A stretch of 20,000 nt of DNA from Craspedostauros australis (GCA_030167865.1 JALAGF010004104.1:51584-71583), one strand, 5' to 3'; counted from the first letter of the stretch, positions 1-10,085 are shown. Translations and numbers: made by a program. The notes: generated from the letters alone by a model not told the origin.

Positions 1-1
1 A

Positions 2-1198
2 CGTAGCATCCAGCGGTACACACATCGCCTATTCCTGGTGGAGTCCATGAGGCGCATAGTGGATCACTTTGTTGACAACATGCGAGCGCGTGGGCCATCG
101 CTTGTTGATGTGGAAGCGTTGGAAGGCGAGGAGAAGGAAGCATTGAGGACGAGGGCGCTCAAGGAGATGGACCTGATGCAGAGCTATTTGGACCATCTGC
201 AGGAGCTGATCATGGAAGGATGTATGGCAGACTTCGAGTCTATCTCTACGCGAAGGGAGTACCACAAGATCGAAGACTGGATCAAGGCGTCAGTCGGAGG
301 GGAAAGGGTTTACTGGGACCGGCTGGTGCGAGAGGCCGTCCGCGAACAAATCGAAATCGAGGTGTATGTGCCACTTCGCGGCGTCGTTTCACGTCTGTTG
401 GTCAACGGGTGGAAGCAGGAGGATATGGAGGTGTATTTCAAGATGAACCAGCTCCGCAAGCAGTCGCAGGAGGACTTCCACATCCCACCCACCAAGATGA
501 GTCCATCGAACTGGCAGTCGGTGGCCGAGATCCTTCACCAAGGCGTCGCCCGCAGCACGCTGCCATGCGCCAAGCTCCGAGCGATCGTGGATGCCGCCAG
601 AGAGATCACTCGTTTGCACCAGGATGAAACATCGGAGAGGAATGCCATGCTGATCAGCAGGCGCCAAAAGGGAAACGGTGACTCCCCGTCGCTTTCCTCC
701 AGCGAGGCTTTGTTGAGCGCCGATGACTTCATGCCGATCATCATCTTCAGCGTTGTTCGCGCCGAGATGGAAAGACCGTGCGCGCTCTGTAAGTGAAGGA
801 GTCCAGCGCTTCTCACACTGCTATGTCCTATGCACACGAGTATTGCGTCGTGCGATGTTTGTCGCAAACATCTGCAAACATCTCGCATTGATCCTGCGGA
901 ATTCGCATGTGTTCTGTGGCACCAGCCTCATCAACTCACAAATATTGCTGTACGTATCGTTGCACCGTTGCTTCATGACTTTCATCGCCTACCAACAACA
1001 ACAACAACCCGAATCATTTTCACTGCGATCCCAACAGGCGTCCTACTACGGACACTCTGCGACGGCATGAACCGCATTGGCGAAATCGGCTACTTCCTCG
1101 CATCGTTTGAAGCGGCTGTCACGCACATCCAGGGGATCGACCTCAGCAACCTCGCACAGGGCGCAAGAAGCACGGCAGAAAGCACTGGTATCAAGTAG
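2..1198 (+). CDS. VPS9-domain protein (Rab5-family GEF), 5'-partial; exons <2..788 and 1038..1198
   Basis: The frame is open from position 2. It has VPS9 motifs 'PCAKLRAIVDAAREI' and 'LSADDFMPIIIFSVVRA'. Splicing GTAAGT (789) to CAACAG (1037), phase 1, gives 'ERPCALCVLLRTLCDGMNRIGEIGYFLASFEAAVTHI', the VPS9 C-terminal GE.GY motif. TAG at 1196-1198. Confidence 0.9.
789..1037 (+). other. GT-AG intron (249 bp) of the VPS9 gene
   Basis: Consensus donor GTAAGT and acceptor CAG; removal restores a continuous VPS9 domain. Confidence 0.88.
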
Positions 1199-1506
1199 AC
1201 TACGACATGAGACGGACACTGCTGCTGCAAGCGCACTACACGGACATGCGCATGGACAAGGGCATGGTCATGCACATGAATGGTTAAATCAAACGATGCA
1301 GCCCATGCGGACGATCTTCACCTTGGTTTCGCACTGAGTGAAAGCGCACGAGGATGAAGAGAGATCAAACATAATCTACTCTACTCTAATAGACAACAAC
1401 ACCGTAGATGGGGTGATTGCATCTCTCTGCCTGTAATATCTTTGTGTCATAACATTGCAAGCGCGGTGCACCAATGCGAGTGCAATACTCTGAGACAGTG
1501 CCATGG

Positions 1507-1992
1507 CTATTGTTTCTGTTGCTGTGCCTGATCGCGGCGCACACGTTCACGATTCTGTGCCTGCACGGCTGGTCCTACGAGGTCTGGGCCGAAGTCTGTT
1601 TCCTGCTCCGACTGCTTCTTGAGATGCTCCTTGAATCCCTTGCTGTAGACGTACTCTCCATTCTTCCAATCCCAATTGGGATCGCGGCCCGCATCCTTCG
1701 AGCCGCTATTCATGAAGGCACCGCGCTGCACCTGCGACGGCGTCAGCGCATCGTCGCGGTCCGTCAAGTTTTGGATGCGCGCCGTCGCGATGTACGGAAT
1801 GGAGGCCATGCCACCCAACACGGTGAGACAACCCAGCACAACCTTCGCGCTGGACTTGGTCGCGGAAGCACCGTCGGCGCTCGCTGTATTGAGCTTCGTG
1901 GCCGCCTTCGTTGCCCTGGATGTCGGCTTCACGTGTCGCATCAATTCGCGTGCGACTTCCGGCGGGAGATTCTTCAGAGATTGCGCCAACAT
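1507..1992 (-). CDS. Small single-pass membrane protein of unknown function (161 aa)
   Basis: ATG at 1992 (MLAQSLKNLPPEV...). A basic/Ala/Thr-rich N-terminus is followed by a hydrophobic segment (VVLGCLTVLGGMASIPYIA) and a motif-like block 'LTPSQVQRGAFMNSGSKDAGRDPNWD'. Stop TAG at 1509-1507. Confidence 0.75.
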   Translation of the reverse strand: MLAQSLKNLPPEVARELMRHVKPTSRATKAATKLNTASADGASATKSSAKVVLGCLTVLGGMASIPYIATARIQNLTDRDDALTPSQVQRGAFMNSGSKDAGRDPNWDWKNGEYVYSKGFKEHLKKQSEQETDFGPDLVGPAVQAQNRERVRRDQAQQQKQ

Positions 1993-2651
1993 CGTGTTTG
2001 GTTTGTGTTCACGGGACGGCGACCTTTCTTTCTCGACTGATGGAATGGAACGCGTTGATGGATTGCACAAAGTATAGCAGCAACCGAAGTGATGGGGATT
2101 GTTCGCTTTTGTCTCCGTCTCGATGTGTGGTGAATGTTGTGGTTGTTGCGCTCGTCACCTCATCCATTGCGTTCTGCGTCATTGCGGGAAACGGGAACGA
2201 ACATCATTCGCGCATTTGTGTTGATGAACTGCTTAAGAAATCGAACCAGTCAAACAATATCGATCAATGCGACTACAATCCAAGCTCTTTTTCTTTTGCG
2301 AATCGCAAAGCAATCTCCCAGTCACGTTTCTTCTCGCCGAAGATACTGTGTCGCGTTCGCTCGTTGAGGTTCTCACGTTTGTCGTGGAGGCATCCCAACG
2401 AAGTTCGTTGTTGATCTCTGTCTGTCGCTTCTCATTCGACACGAACAGTTCGTCTTGTGATGCCAAAGGGGCTCAAGGAACAACAGCCAGAACCAATACG
2501 CATCACTGGTCCAGCATCGATCTACTTCATGGTTGTGTGCCGCAGCGCATCGCAGCGCGACGCTTCGTGTGGTGCCATAAAAATACTCTTCGCAACTTGC
2601 AGCTCGTGTCATACGAGTACATCACGCATCACGCACCGCACATCACCGAAG

Positions 2652-2689
2652 CTCTACTCTACTCTACTCTACTCTGCTCTGCTCTGCTC
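2652..2689 (+). repeat. Pentanucleotide microsatellite (CTCTA)n(CTCTG)n
   Basis: Directly visible, ending about 20 bp before the ATG at 2711. Confidence 0.9.
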
Positions 2690-2710
2690 AACTCCATCTC
2701 CAAGCGAAAC

Positions 2711-3946
2711 ATGACATCGGCAGAAACTCTCGTGGTGATCGGCGGCGGCGTCGGCGGGCTGATCGCCATCTCCGAGGTCAGGAGGCTCAACCAGGAAGTT
2801 GCCATCACTCTGATCGAACCGAAGGACTTCTTCGAGGTGCCTTGGTCCAGCGTGCGCGGTCTCATCGATGCGAAGGTGTCTCACGCCTCCACCCACTCCC
2901 TCAAGGACTGGGCATCCGAGCACAATGTCAAGCTCATCAATTCTTACGTCACGTCGATGGACGAGGACAACATCAACATGGCCAACTCGCGCACCATTGT
3001 CGACTTCGATCTCGTGCTCGTCGCGGTCGGCGCCACGAATCCAGAACCGGGCTTGGGACGCACGACGCCGGGACAGGGCGGCAGCATCGAAGAGGGCGAC
3101 CGCCTCGATACCATGGCGAAGCGCGGACAGGAACTGATCAACTGCGGATCCGTCGCCATCGTCGGAGGCGGTTTGATCGGCATCGAGATGGCGGGAGATC
3201 TCGCGGCCACAGCCAAGCAGCGAGAGATCCCGCTGCACGTGCATCTCATCCACTCCGAACCGAGGCTCGCGATGAACGAAATGACGGCCGGTGCCTCGGC
3301 CATGGCGCAGCGCAAGCTGCAGAAGCTGGGCGTCACGCTGCATCTCGGAGAGCGGTGCAAGAAGATGTCCAACAACCCCGACGATCAGCATGATCTGCTC
3401 CTTCCGGCATCGAACACGCAGGTGTCGGCCAACGAGATCGTGTGGACCACGGGCATCTCGTCGCACAACGACTTCCTCGGCGTCGACTACAAGACCTTCG
3501 AAACGAACTGGCTCAAGGTCGACGAGTACTTCCGCCTCCTCATCACGGTGAAGAGGAAGGGGAATGTGAACAAGCCCTCCGAGAAGTACTTTGCCTTCGG
3601 CGACTGCTGCGATTGGTGGCCCAACACCGGCATGGCCCTGATGGAAAATGGCAAGACCATCGGACACAACCTCACGATGGCTCTGTACACCATCGCCGAA
3701 CGAAAAGCCGCCAGGTCCGGAGCGGCAGATGAAGGTGCCGCCAAAACGAAGACGAAGTCCAAAGTCAAGCCATTCAAAAAGGCCAAGGCGCCGCCACGTA
3801 TCACCGTCACCACTATCGGGCCAAAAAGTGGCGTCGCCAGCGGCATCGGATGCTGCGGTCACACGCAATTCATTCTGCCCGGCATGAAGAACAAGACGAT
3901 GTTCTTGTCCAACATCGAGAAGGCCGCCGACTTGCAAGGGCTGTGA
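2711..3946 (+). CDS. AIFM2/FSP1 (AMID)-like FAD-dependent pyridine nucleotide oxidoreductase (411 aa)
   Basis: FAD Rossmann motif 'LVVIGGGVGG...ITLIEPKD', 'FDLVLVAVGA', NAD(P)H motif 'VAIVGGGLIGIEMAGDL', 'VHLIHS', 'WLKVDEYFR' and 'FAFGD'. No redox CxxC. GC3-rich codons start at ATG 2711. Confidence 0.85.
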   Translation: MTSAETLVVIGGGVGGLIAISEVRRLNQEVAITLIEPKDFFEVPWSSVRGLIDAKVSHASTHSLKDWASEHNVKLINSYVTSMDEDNINMANSRTIVDFDLVLVAVGATNPEPGLGRTTPGQGGSIEEGDRLDTMAKRGQELINCGSVAIVGGGLIGIEMAGDLAATAKQREIPLHVHLIHSEPRLAMNEMTAGASAMAQRKLQKLGVTLHLGERCKKMSNNPDDQHDLLLPASNTQVSANEIVWTTGISSHNDFLGVDYKTFETNWLKVDEYFRLLITVKRKGNVNKPSEKYFAFGDCCDWWPNTGMALMENGKTIGHNLTMALYTIAERKAARSGAADEGAAKTKTKSKVKPFKKAKAPPRITVTTIGPKSGVASGIGCCGHTQFILPGMKNKTMFLSNIEKAADLQGL

Positions 3947-4704
3947 AGATGAGTGACCGACACCCTCATCCCAAGTTGCTCGACGTCGCAGCGATCTCTG
4001 ATCCGTCGACATCTCCCGCATCGCCTTAATTTTAGTGCCCGACCAGGTGGAATGCTTCCTCCATGGGCAAGGATCGCTTCCACTCCTCTACGTAGAAGTG
4101 CAGATGTATTAATTTATAATATTATATCATATTCTATGATTTATGAGTTGTAACCTCTGGAGAGGGACTTGTCTTCTTCTGCCTACAGAGACGAGGATGG
4201 TACCTTTGTACGACGACTGGTGGAGTTGTCTATCGAAGCGATGACGACACAAGTGATCAACATCGCGGAAGCCGCGGTAAAATGGACGTCACTGACACAT
4301 GAAACATCCATTTTGCGTAGCCTTGTTGGTTTGTCTTGCTGCTGTTCAGAGCGGATGCGCGGTGCTCCTGAAGAATGAAAAACGTGAATCCAAGACTCAA
4401 TTTTTTCGCTCGATCTGGTCTGGCCAAAAGAGCAAACAAGATGATGACGAAAAAACAAACTGGCGCAACGCGGTGCAAAATGGGGATTCGAAGACTTCCT
4501 CATGCTTCATCTCGTTGTTGTCATTGCGACGTTCACCGCGCGAACATGCTCTGTTCTTGCTCGTATCATCGGAGTGCAGTTTTCGACGGATGCTCGGATC
4601 CACAATCATTTTACATTCGCCATCCTCAGACAAGCATACTCAGCATACTCGATCGCAATACTTGTGCAGTTTGACAGGCTGTTTGAGGCAACAAGAGCGG
4701 CATA

Positions 4705-4750
4705 TAATAATTAGCAACTTATTCAATTTATATAATATAATATATAGTAA
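4705..4750 (+). promoter_or_regulatory. AT-rich/TATA-like tract upstream of AP-4 beta
   Basis: TTTATATAATATAATATATAG lies about 65-85 bp before ATG 4813, in otherwise GC-balanced DNA. Confidence 0.35.
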
Positions 4751-4812
4751 GTAGCAACAGCAGGAGCAAGATTAGGAGCATCATAGCAAGAGCCACCACA
4801 AAGGGAAGAACC

Positions 4813-7341
4813 ATGTCATATCCAGCACAGGTGCACACCGCCACTCCGGCGCACATGCCTCAGCCAGGCGGCTCCGCCATGGGAGGCGCTCCAGGAGGCC
4901 CGGGATCGGCCGCCATCCCAGACTCGTACTTCACGGAGTCTCGCAAGGGCGAGGTGAACGAGCTGCGCAACCTCCTGCGCAACTTCGCCACGGAGCGCAG
5001 CCAGCAGCGCAAGCGAGACATCCTGAAGAAGGTCATCGGCTACATGACCATCGGCATCGACGTCTCCAGGCTCTTCACCGAGATGATGCTGGCCATCGAG
5101 ACGCGCGACCTCGTCATCAAGAAGATGGTCTACCTCTACCTGTGCAACTACGCCAACACGCACCCCGATCTGGCGCAGATGTGCATCAACACGCTGCAGA
5201 AGGACTGCGGCAACGAGGACCCCATGGTCAGGGGCCTGGCGCTGCGCGCGCTCTGCTCCCTCAACCTGCCGCAGATGGTGGAGTACATCGGCGAGCCGCT
5301 GCGCCGCTCCCTGCAGGACCACCATGCCTACGTGCGCAAGACCGGCGTCATGGGCATCCTCAAGCTCTACCATCTGGACCCGGACTCCTTCCGCGAGGCC
5401 AACTTCGTCGACATCCTCTACGACATGCTCAAGGACGTCGACTCCTCCGTGGTCTCCAACGCCATCCTCGTGCTCAACGAGATCCTGGCGCACGAGAAAT
5501 CGCCCAACGGCGGCATGGCCATCAACCGCGCCATCATGCTGCACCTGCTCAACCGCATCCACGAATTCGCAGAGTTCCAGATCCTCCAGGTGCTGGACCT
5601 CGTGCCGCGCTACATCCCGGCCAACGCGGAGGAGGGCTTCCAGATCATGAACCTCCTGGACCCCATCCTCAGGACGTCGTCGTGCGCCGCTGTGCTGTCC
5701 ACCGTGCGCGGATTCCTCTCCTTGGCCGATCAGATTGGCGGTGACGACCACACTGAGATGAAGCAGCAGGTCGTGGGACGCGTCAAGGCCTCGCTCATCA
5801 CGCTCATGGCATCCGGCAGCAGCGAGATGGAGTTCTGTCTGCTCAAGCAAATCAAGGCGCTGGTGGAGCTGTGTCCGGGATCCTTCGATGACGAGTACCG
5901 CCAGTTCTACATCCGCTACAACGAACCAACGCACGTCAAGTACCTCAAGGTCGAGGTCCTCGCCTTGCTGGCCAATCCGGAGACCGCCCCGGACATCGTC
6001 GCCGAGCTGTCCGAGCTCGTCCAATCCAACGACACGGACCTGTCGCGTCTGGCCATCCGCAGCTTGTCCCGCATCGCATGCCGCAACACGGGTGGTCCAG
6101 GTTGCGCGGAAGCCATCGCGCAGCGCATGGTGGAATGGATGGACTTCTACTCGGTGGAGCACATCCCGTCCGAAGCTGCCACCGCGCTCACGCTGATGGT
6201 TCGCAAGCATCCATCGCTCAAGCCCATGTGCAGCATCTCGCTGGCCCGCACCCTCAAATACCTAAAGGAACCCGCAGGCAAGGCCAGCGTCATCTACCTT
6301 CTGGGCGAATGCGGTGACACAGTCGCCGAGGCGCCTTATGCCATCGAGAAGCTCATCGATTCCTACGGCACCATCGAGGATGTCACCGTCAAGATGGCGC
6401 TGCTCAATGCCACGATGAAGCTCTTCTTCAAGCGGCCGCCGGAAGTCCAACGCATGCTGGGCCGCTTGCTGCATGCGGCAACGGACGACGTCTCCTCCCA
6501 GGATCTGCACGATCGTGCGCTGCTGTACTACCGTTTGCTGCAGTCCGGAGCCGATCCAAAGTCTGTCATCGCGTCAGTCCTCAACACGGATGCGACGCTG
6601 TCGGCGGAGAACGAATTCGCCGAAGACGACGACCAGGTGCTGCGACAGGGGCTGATGAAGGAGTTCAATTCGCTTGCCACCATCTACGACAAACCGAGCA
6701 TCGGATTCGTCAGCGAGAAGTTCCAGGTCAGCTACAAGATGATGCCAGATGAACATCCTCTGGAGGACATGGGTGGAGGAGCAACCGCAAGTCACGTCCC
6801 CGCTGCGCCATCCGGCATGTCCGAGCAAGCTACGTCCAGCACGCCAGCAGCACCACAGCAGGAGTACCAACAGCCAGCACCGGCAGGTGGTGCCGTGACG
6901 GACCTCTTGGGCTTTGGCGGATCCGCGGAGCCCGCTGCTGCTCCTGCAGCACCTGCCGGAGGCATTGTTTTGGAAGCTCAGGGCACGATGACTGGGGAGG
7001 AATACCAAGGCGCGTGGGGCAGCATGCCCGACTCTGCAGCAGTCGTCGGCATGGTCATGCTGCCACGAATCCCACCGTCTACAGACGTCGTGGAAGCTGC
7101 GCTGGCGAGCGAAAACATCTCCACCATGGCCAGCGGTGAGCTACCAGCAGAATTCAAATTCTTCCTCTATGCCAAAGACGCAGCATCCGGATCCCTCTTC
7201 CTTATCCAATCCAACATTTCCAAGCAAGATGCAGAACCGATGATGATCCTCACGGTCAAGGTCAGCGGCGGAGACGGTGCTGATACCCAGCGCAAGGTCG
7301 ATCAGCTCGTTGCAATCGCGCAAAAGGTACTCGCGGTGTAA
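4813..7341 (+). CDS. AP4B1: AP-4 adaptor complex subunit beta (beta-4 adaptin), 842 aa, intronless
   Basis: Adaptin N trunk 'KKVIGYMTIGIDVS...KKMVYLYLCNYA...DPMVRGLALRALCSL' is beta-4/plant beta-A type rather than the beta-1/2 'AMTVGKDVS'. Also 'DLHDRALLYYRLL', a Pro/Ala-rich hinge and a short C-terminal appendage ('YQGAW...ISTMASG...FKFFLYA'). Confidence 0.92.
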   Translation: MSYPAQVHTATPAHMPQPGGSAMGGAPGGPGSAAIPDSYFTESRKGEVNELRNLLRNFATERSQQRKRDILKKVIGYMTIGIDVSRLFTEMMLAIETRDLVIKKMVYLYLCNYANTHPDLAQMCINTLQKDCGNEDPMVRGLALRALCSLNLPQMVEYIGEPLRRSLQDHHAYVRKTGVMGILKLYHLDPDSFREANFVDILYDMLKDVDSSVVSNAILVLNEILAHEKSPNGGMAINRAIMLHLLNRIHEFAEFQILQVLDLVPRYIPANAEEGFQIMNLLDPILRTSSCAAVLSTVRGFLSLADQIGGDDHTEMKQQVVGRVKASLITLMASGSSEMEFCLLKQIKALVELCPGSFDDEYRQFYIRYNEPTHVKYLKVEVLALLANPETAPDIVAELSELVQSNDTDLSRLAIRSLSRIACRNTGGPGCAEAIAQRMVEWMDFYSVEHIPSEAATALTLMVRKHPSLKPMCSISLARTLKYLKEPAGKASVIYLLGECGDTVAEAPYAIEKLIDSYGTIEDVTVKMALLNATMKLFFKRPPEVQRMLGRLLHAATDDVSSQDLHDRALLYYRLLQSGADPKSVIASVLNTDATLSAENEFAEDDDQVLRQGLMKEFNSLATIYDKPSIGFVSEKFQVSYKMMPDEHPLEDMGGGATASHVPAAPSGMSEQATSSTPAAPQQEYQQPAPAGGAVTDLLGFGGSAEPAAAPAAPAGGIVLEAQGTMTGEEYQGAWGSMPDSAAVVGMVMLPRIPPSTDVVEAALASENISTMASGELPAEFKFFLYAKDAASGSLFLIQSNISKQDAEPMMILTVKVSGGDGADTQRKVDQLVAIAQKVLAV

Positions 7342-8066
7342 CGCAACCAAGCGAGCATCTCAATTAACAGCATCACCAGAGCATTGCAAGTCCTTCTAGT
7401 CTCGTATGGCTGTGCCAATGGAATTGGAGGTGACGCGATCATGGTACTTCATTGGAGTCTCTCCGGAGAGAGGCGCCATCAACAATCCCTGCAGTTTCGT
7501 CGCTCTCTTCGTCCTCGTAGCCTGTCTGTCTGTGTGTATTTGTCTGTTTACAAACCAGCGAGTACTGATTCCAGCACTGGAATGGTGATTTGAGTTCAAT
7601 GAACATACAACGCTCCTTTTCCATGATACTATCACTAGTACCTGTTTGATTTCAATGTACCGTGTGATGGGTATCATCGTGTCACCAACCACACAGCGAA
7701 ACAACACAGACTACACACAGCACACCATTCCCAACCACACACGCACACACATACACATGTCACAACCTCACGCAACTGGATTGGTATTATCGGTACCACA
7801 CGATCACATCATAGCTCGCACGACATGGCGTGATGCTTGCACAACACGGCTGATCTGCTCTACGTATTCGAAAGCACCACATTCGAATTGGCGCGTGAAT
7901 ATTGCTATCCCCGCGGTGCTTCCTCATGATCGTTCGTGAAGCAAGAGCTGCCGTTGCACAAACCGAAACCACCAACGCACATGGCATCGAAACCACCAGT
8001 CAATCCGTCATTGGCCGCCGAGCAAATCCATCGATCGATCGTCCGTCCATTGGTCATTCATCAATC

Positions 8067-10085
8067 ATGACACGAACAACTGCGATACCATTGGCAGTAA
8101 AATGGACAGGAACATGGACAACAACAAAGCAAGCGACAGCGCTGATCCTTCTGTTACTTCTCCAAGCACTGCTGTTGGTGCACGTTGCAGACGCGTTCGT
8201 TGTGGAGCGATCGAGCAGAGGTCCATTGGCATCTTCCAGCTATGTGGCTTCCTTTCGGTCAAATTCACACGCCATGCAATCTGAGGCCGTGTGTGGCGGT
8301 GGCTTCATAGCAAGGAATGCTCCACATCTACATCCACACCTGCAGCAACGTCAGCATCGGCACAAGTGGGAAATCAAGCAGAGCAGACAAAACACTCCCA
8401 CGTCGCTGGCAGCCACAAAACGATCACACACAATCAACGACACCGGTAGAGACAAGGATGAAAACGAGGACATACTCGGCGGCGCAACCGGCGACTCCTC
8501 ATCGATGCTCTTTGGGATCCCAACAGACGTGATGCAGCCCCTCGCAATCTTGCTGCTGTCGCAGTTCATCTTGTTCCTGGGAGTTGGCGCAGTCATCCCA
8601 TCCATCCCGCTGTACGGAAAGGAAATCGGCCTGTCATCGGCGGCAAATGGAATCGTCATCTCAGCCCCGGCCGTGGCATTGCTGCTTGCTGCCAAGTCCG
8701 GCGGCACCTTCGCTGATCGTGGGCGCAGGCCAGCCATGCTGATCGGCATGGCGGTCATCGCAGCCTCAGATGTCGGCACAGCACTGGCCACATCGATCGC
8801 GCCGCTGGTCGTCGCCCGGCTGGGATTGGGATTGGGACGCTGCGTGTCAGAAGCTGGCGAACGCGGAATGCTTGCAGATCTGGCGGGACGGGTGCCGGAC
8901 ATTCGAGGCAGGATCTTGGCAGCTCAGCAGGCCGTGGTGGCACTGGGGATTGCCATCGGTGCGCCCTTTGGCGGGGTGGTGGTGGAGCAGTATGGCCCTC
9001 GGGCCTCGTTTCTTTGCGTGAGTGCTGCGGCAATCGTGGCGCTGTTGATGTATTGCTTTCTTCCGGAAACGACTGGGATTAATGCATCGCGGCAGCTGGA
9101 GGGTGAGTTGCAGAAGAGCAGCGCCAGTGCCAGCGCCAGTGGAGGTGCAGGTATCGACACAGACATGGGCATGGCCACGGACATGGCCGCCGAAACGAAC
9201 AAGCGGACTTCTTTCATCGAGTCCATCTTCATCGCTCCACCGGAAGCCGTTGAGAGTGCGACAGGACCCCAGCAACAGAAAAAGAAGAGAACGCAGCAGC
9301 AATCGCAGCAGCAGCAGCAGCAGCAGCAGCTGGAAGAAGAAGAGGAGGTGGGATGGGGGGAGCTGCTGCAGAATAACTCATGGAAAGGCTTGGCGCTGTG
9401 CCAGGTTGGTGCCACGTTCGGATTTGCCGCCAAGATAGCAAGCATTCCCATCCTGGCAACAGCAGTACTTCCTGGTGGAGCCGCTGGTGCGGGCGCGCTG
9501 GTATCCGCGTGTGGGTTGAGCGGGTTGCTTGGTGCGCCGTTCGGCGGCTGGTTGACAGATCGCACAGATGCCAGGTTCACCGCCCTTGTCAGCGGAGTCA
9601 TCAGCAGCGTTGGATTGATGGCCATACCGCTGGCATTGAATGGCGATGTGGACGCAATACTGCACACCACGAATAGCCTCGTGCTTGATGCGCCGCTTCT
9701 GGGTGGGCAGCTGACATCTTCGGCCATCGCGTTCACATTGGTGGTCCTCGGCTGGAGTTTGGGCGCAACAGCGCAAGGACCAGCTCTGACGGCCTTTGCC
9801 CAAGAGATGGCGCCACTGGGATCAGAAGCAACGGCGCTTGCTCTGCCTCGTGCGGCCGGTGATGCCGCGTACATCGTGGCTCCGTTCCTTCTTGGTCTGG
9901 CTGCCGATTCGATGCCCACCCTTCAGGGCGTAGAATGCGCATTTGCTGGCCTGGCCTCCTTGATTGGAGTTGCGCTGTTCCTCGCTTTGAGCGATAGTGA
10001 TGGCGATGGCGTTCGTACTCGTGCTCGTGCTCGTGCTCGATCCCAGAAGATGGATCCATCCTCTGGCCCATCCGCATTATCGTGA
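8067..10085 (+). CDS. Major facilitator superfamily transporter (DHA1/TetA-like) with bipartite signal + transit presequence
   Basis: First ATG at 8067. Hydrophobic core ALILLLLLLQALLLVHVADA|FVV, then a Ser/Arg-rich segment. About 12 hydrophobic helices. Motif A-like 'GGTFADRGRRP' and 'GGWLTDRTDAR', motif B 'ARLGLGLG', motif C 'GIAIGAPFGG'. Long polyQ/polyE central loop. Confidence 0.9.
   Translation: MTRTTAIPLAVKWTGTWTTTKQATALILLLLLQALLLVHVADAFVVERSSRGPLASSSYVASFRSNSHAMQSEAVCGGGFIARNAPHLHPHLQQRQHRHKWEIKQSRQNTPTSLAATKRSHTINDTGRDKDENEDILGGATGDSSSMLFGIPTDVMQPLAILLLSQFILFLGVGAVIPSIPLYGKEIGLSSAANGIVISAPAVALLLAAKSGGTFADRGRRPAMLIGMAVIAASDVGTALATSIAPLVVARLGLGLGRCVSEAGERGMLADLAGRVPDIRGRILAAQQAVVALGIAIGAPFGGVVVEQYGPRASFLCVSAAAIVALLMYCFLPETTGINASRQLEGELQKSSASASASGGAGIDTDMGMATDMAAETNKRTSFIESIFIAPPEAVESATGPQQQKKKRTQQQSQQQQQQQQLEEEEEVGWGELLQNNSWKGLALCQVGATFGFAAKIASIPILATAVLPGGAAGAGALVSACGLSGLLGAPFGGWLTDRTDARFTALVSGVISSVGLMAIPLALNGDVDAILHTTNSLVLDAPLLGGQLTSSAIAFTLVVLGWSLGATAQGPALTAFAQEMAPLGSEATALALPRAAGDAAYIVAPFLLGLAADSMPTLQGVECAFAGLASLIGVALFLALSDSDGDGVRTRARARARSQKMDPSSGPSALS
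9294..9347 (+). repeat. CAG/GAA trinucleotide repeat encoding polyQ-polyE in the MFS central loop
   Basis: (CAG)8 at 9306-9329 followed by a GAA/GAG run. Confidence 0.9.

Noticed and set aside
830..1037. ORF 830..1198 as a separate gene
   Set aside because: Its 5' part is intron; only 1038..1198 is the last VPS9 exon.
1474..2040. 188-aa + strand Leu/Arg-rich ORF
   Set aside because: Antisense to the more protein-like minus-strand ORF.
2267..2710. 148-codon N-terminal extension of the oxidoreductase ORF
   Set aside because: It runs through a microsatellite and promoter-like DNA; the Rossmann fold and codon bias begin at ATG 2711.
3944..3952. Sec readthrough at the oxidoreductase TGA
   Set aside because: A second TGA follows after one codon and there is no GCUG-type thioredoxin reductase tail.
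2669..4021. 450-aa antisense ORF
   Set aside because: Shadow of a GC3-rich sense gene with no domain features.
4816..6210. 464-aa antisense ORF over AP-4 beta
   Set aside because: Expected antisense shadow caused by extreme GC3 bias.
2..7341. VPS9 and AP-4 beta as a trafficking gene cluster
   Set aside because: They are separated by two unrelated genes, and proximity in a compact genome is not evidence without conserved synteny.
8924..9919. 331-aa antisense ORF with polyCys
   Set aside because: The polyCys is the reverse read of the CAG repeat in the MFS gene.
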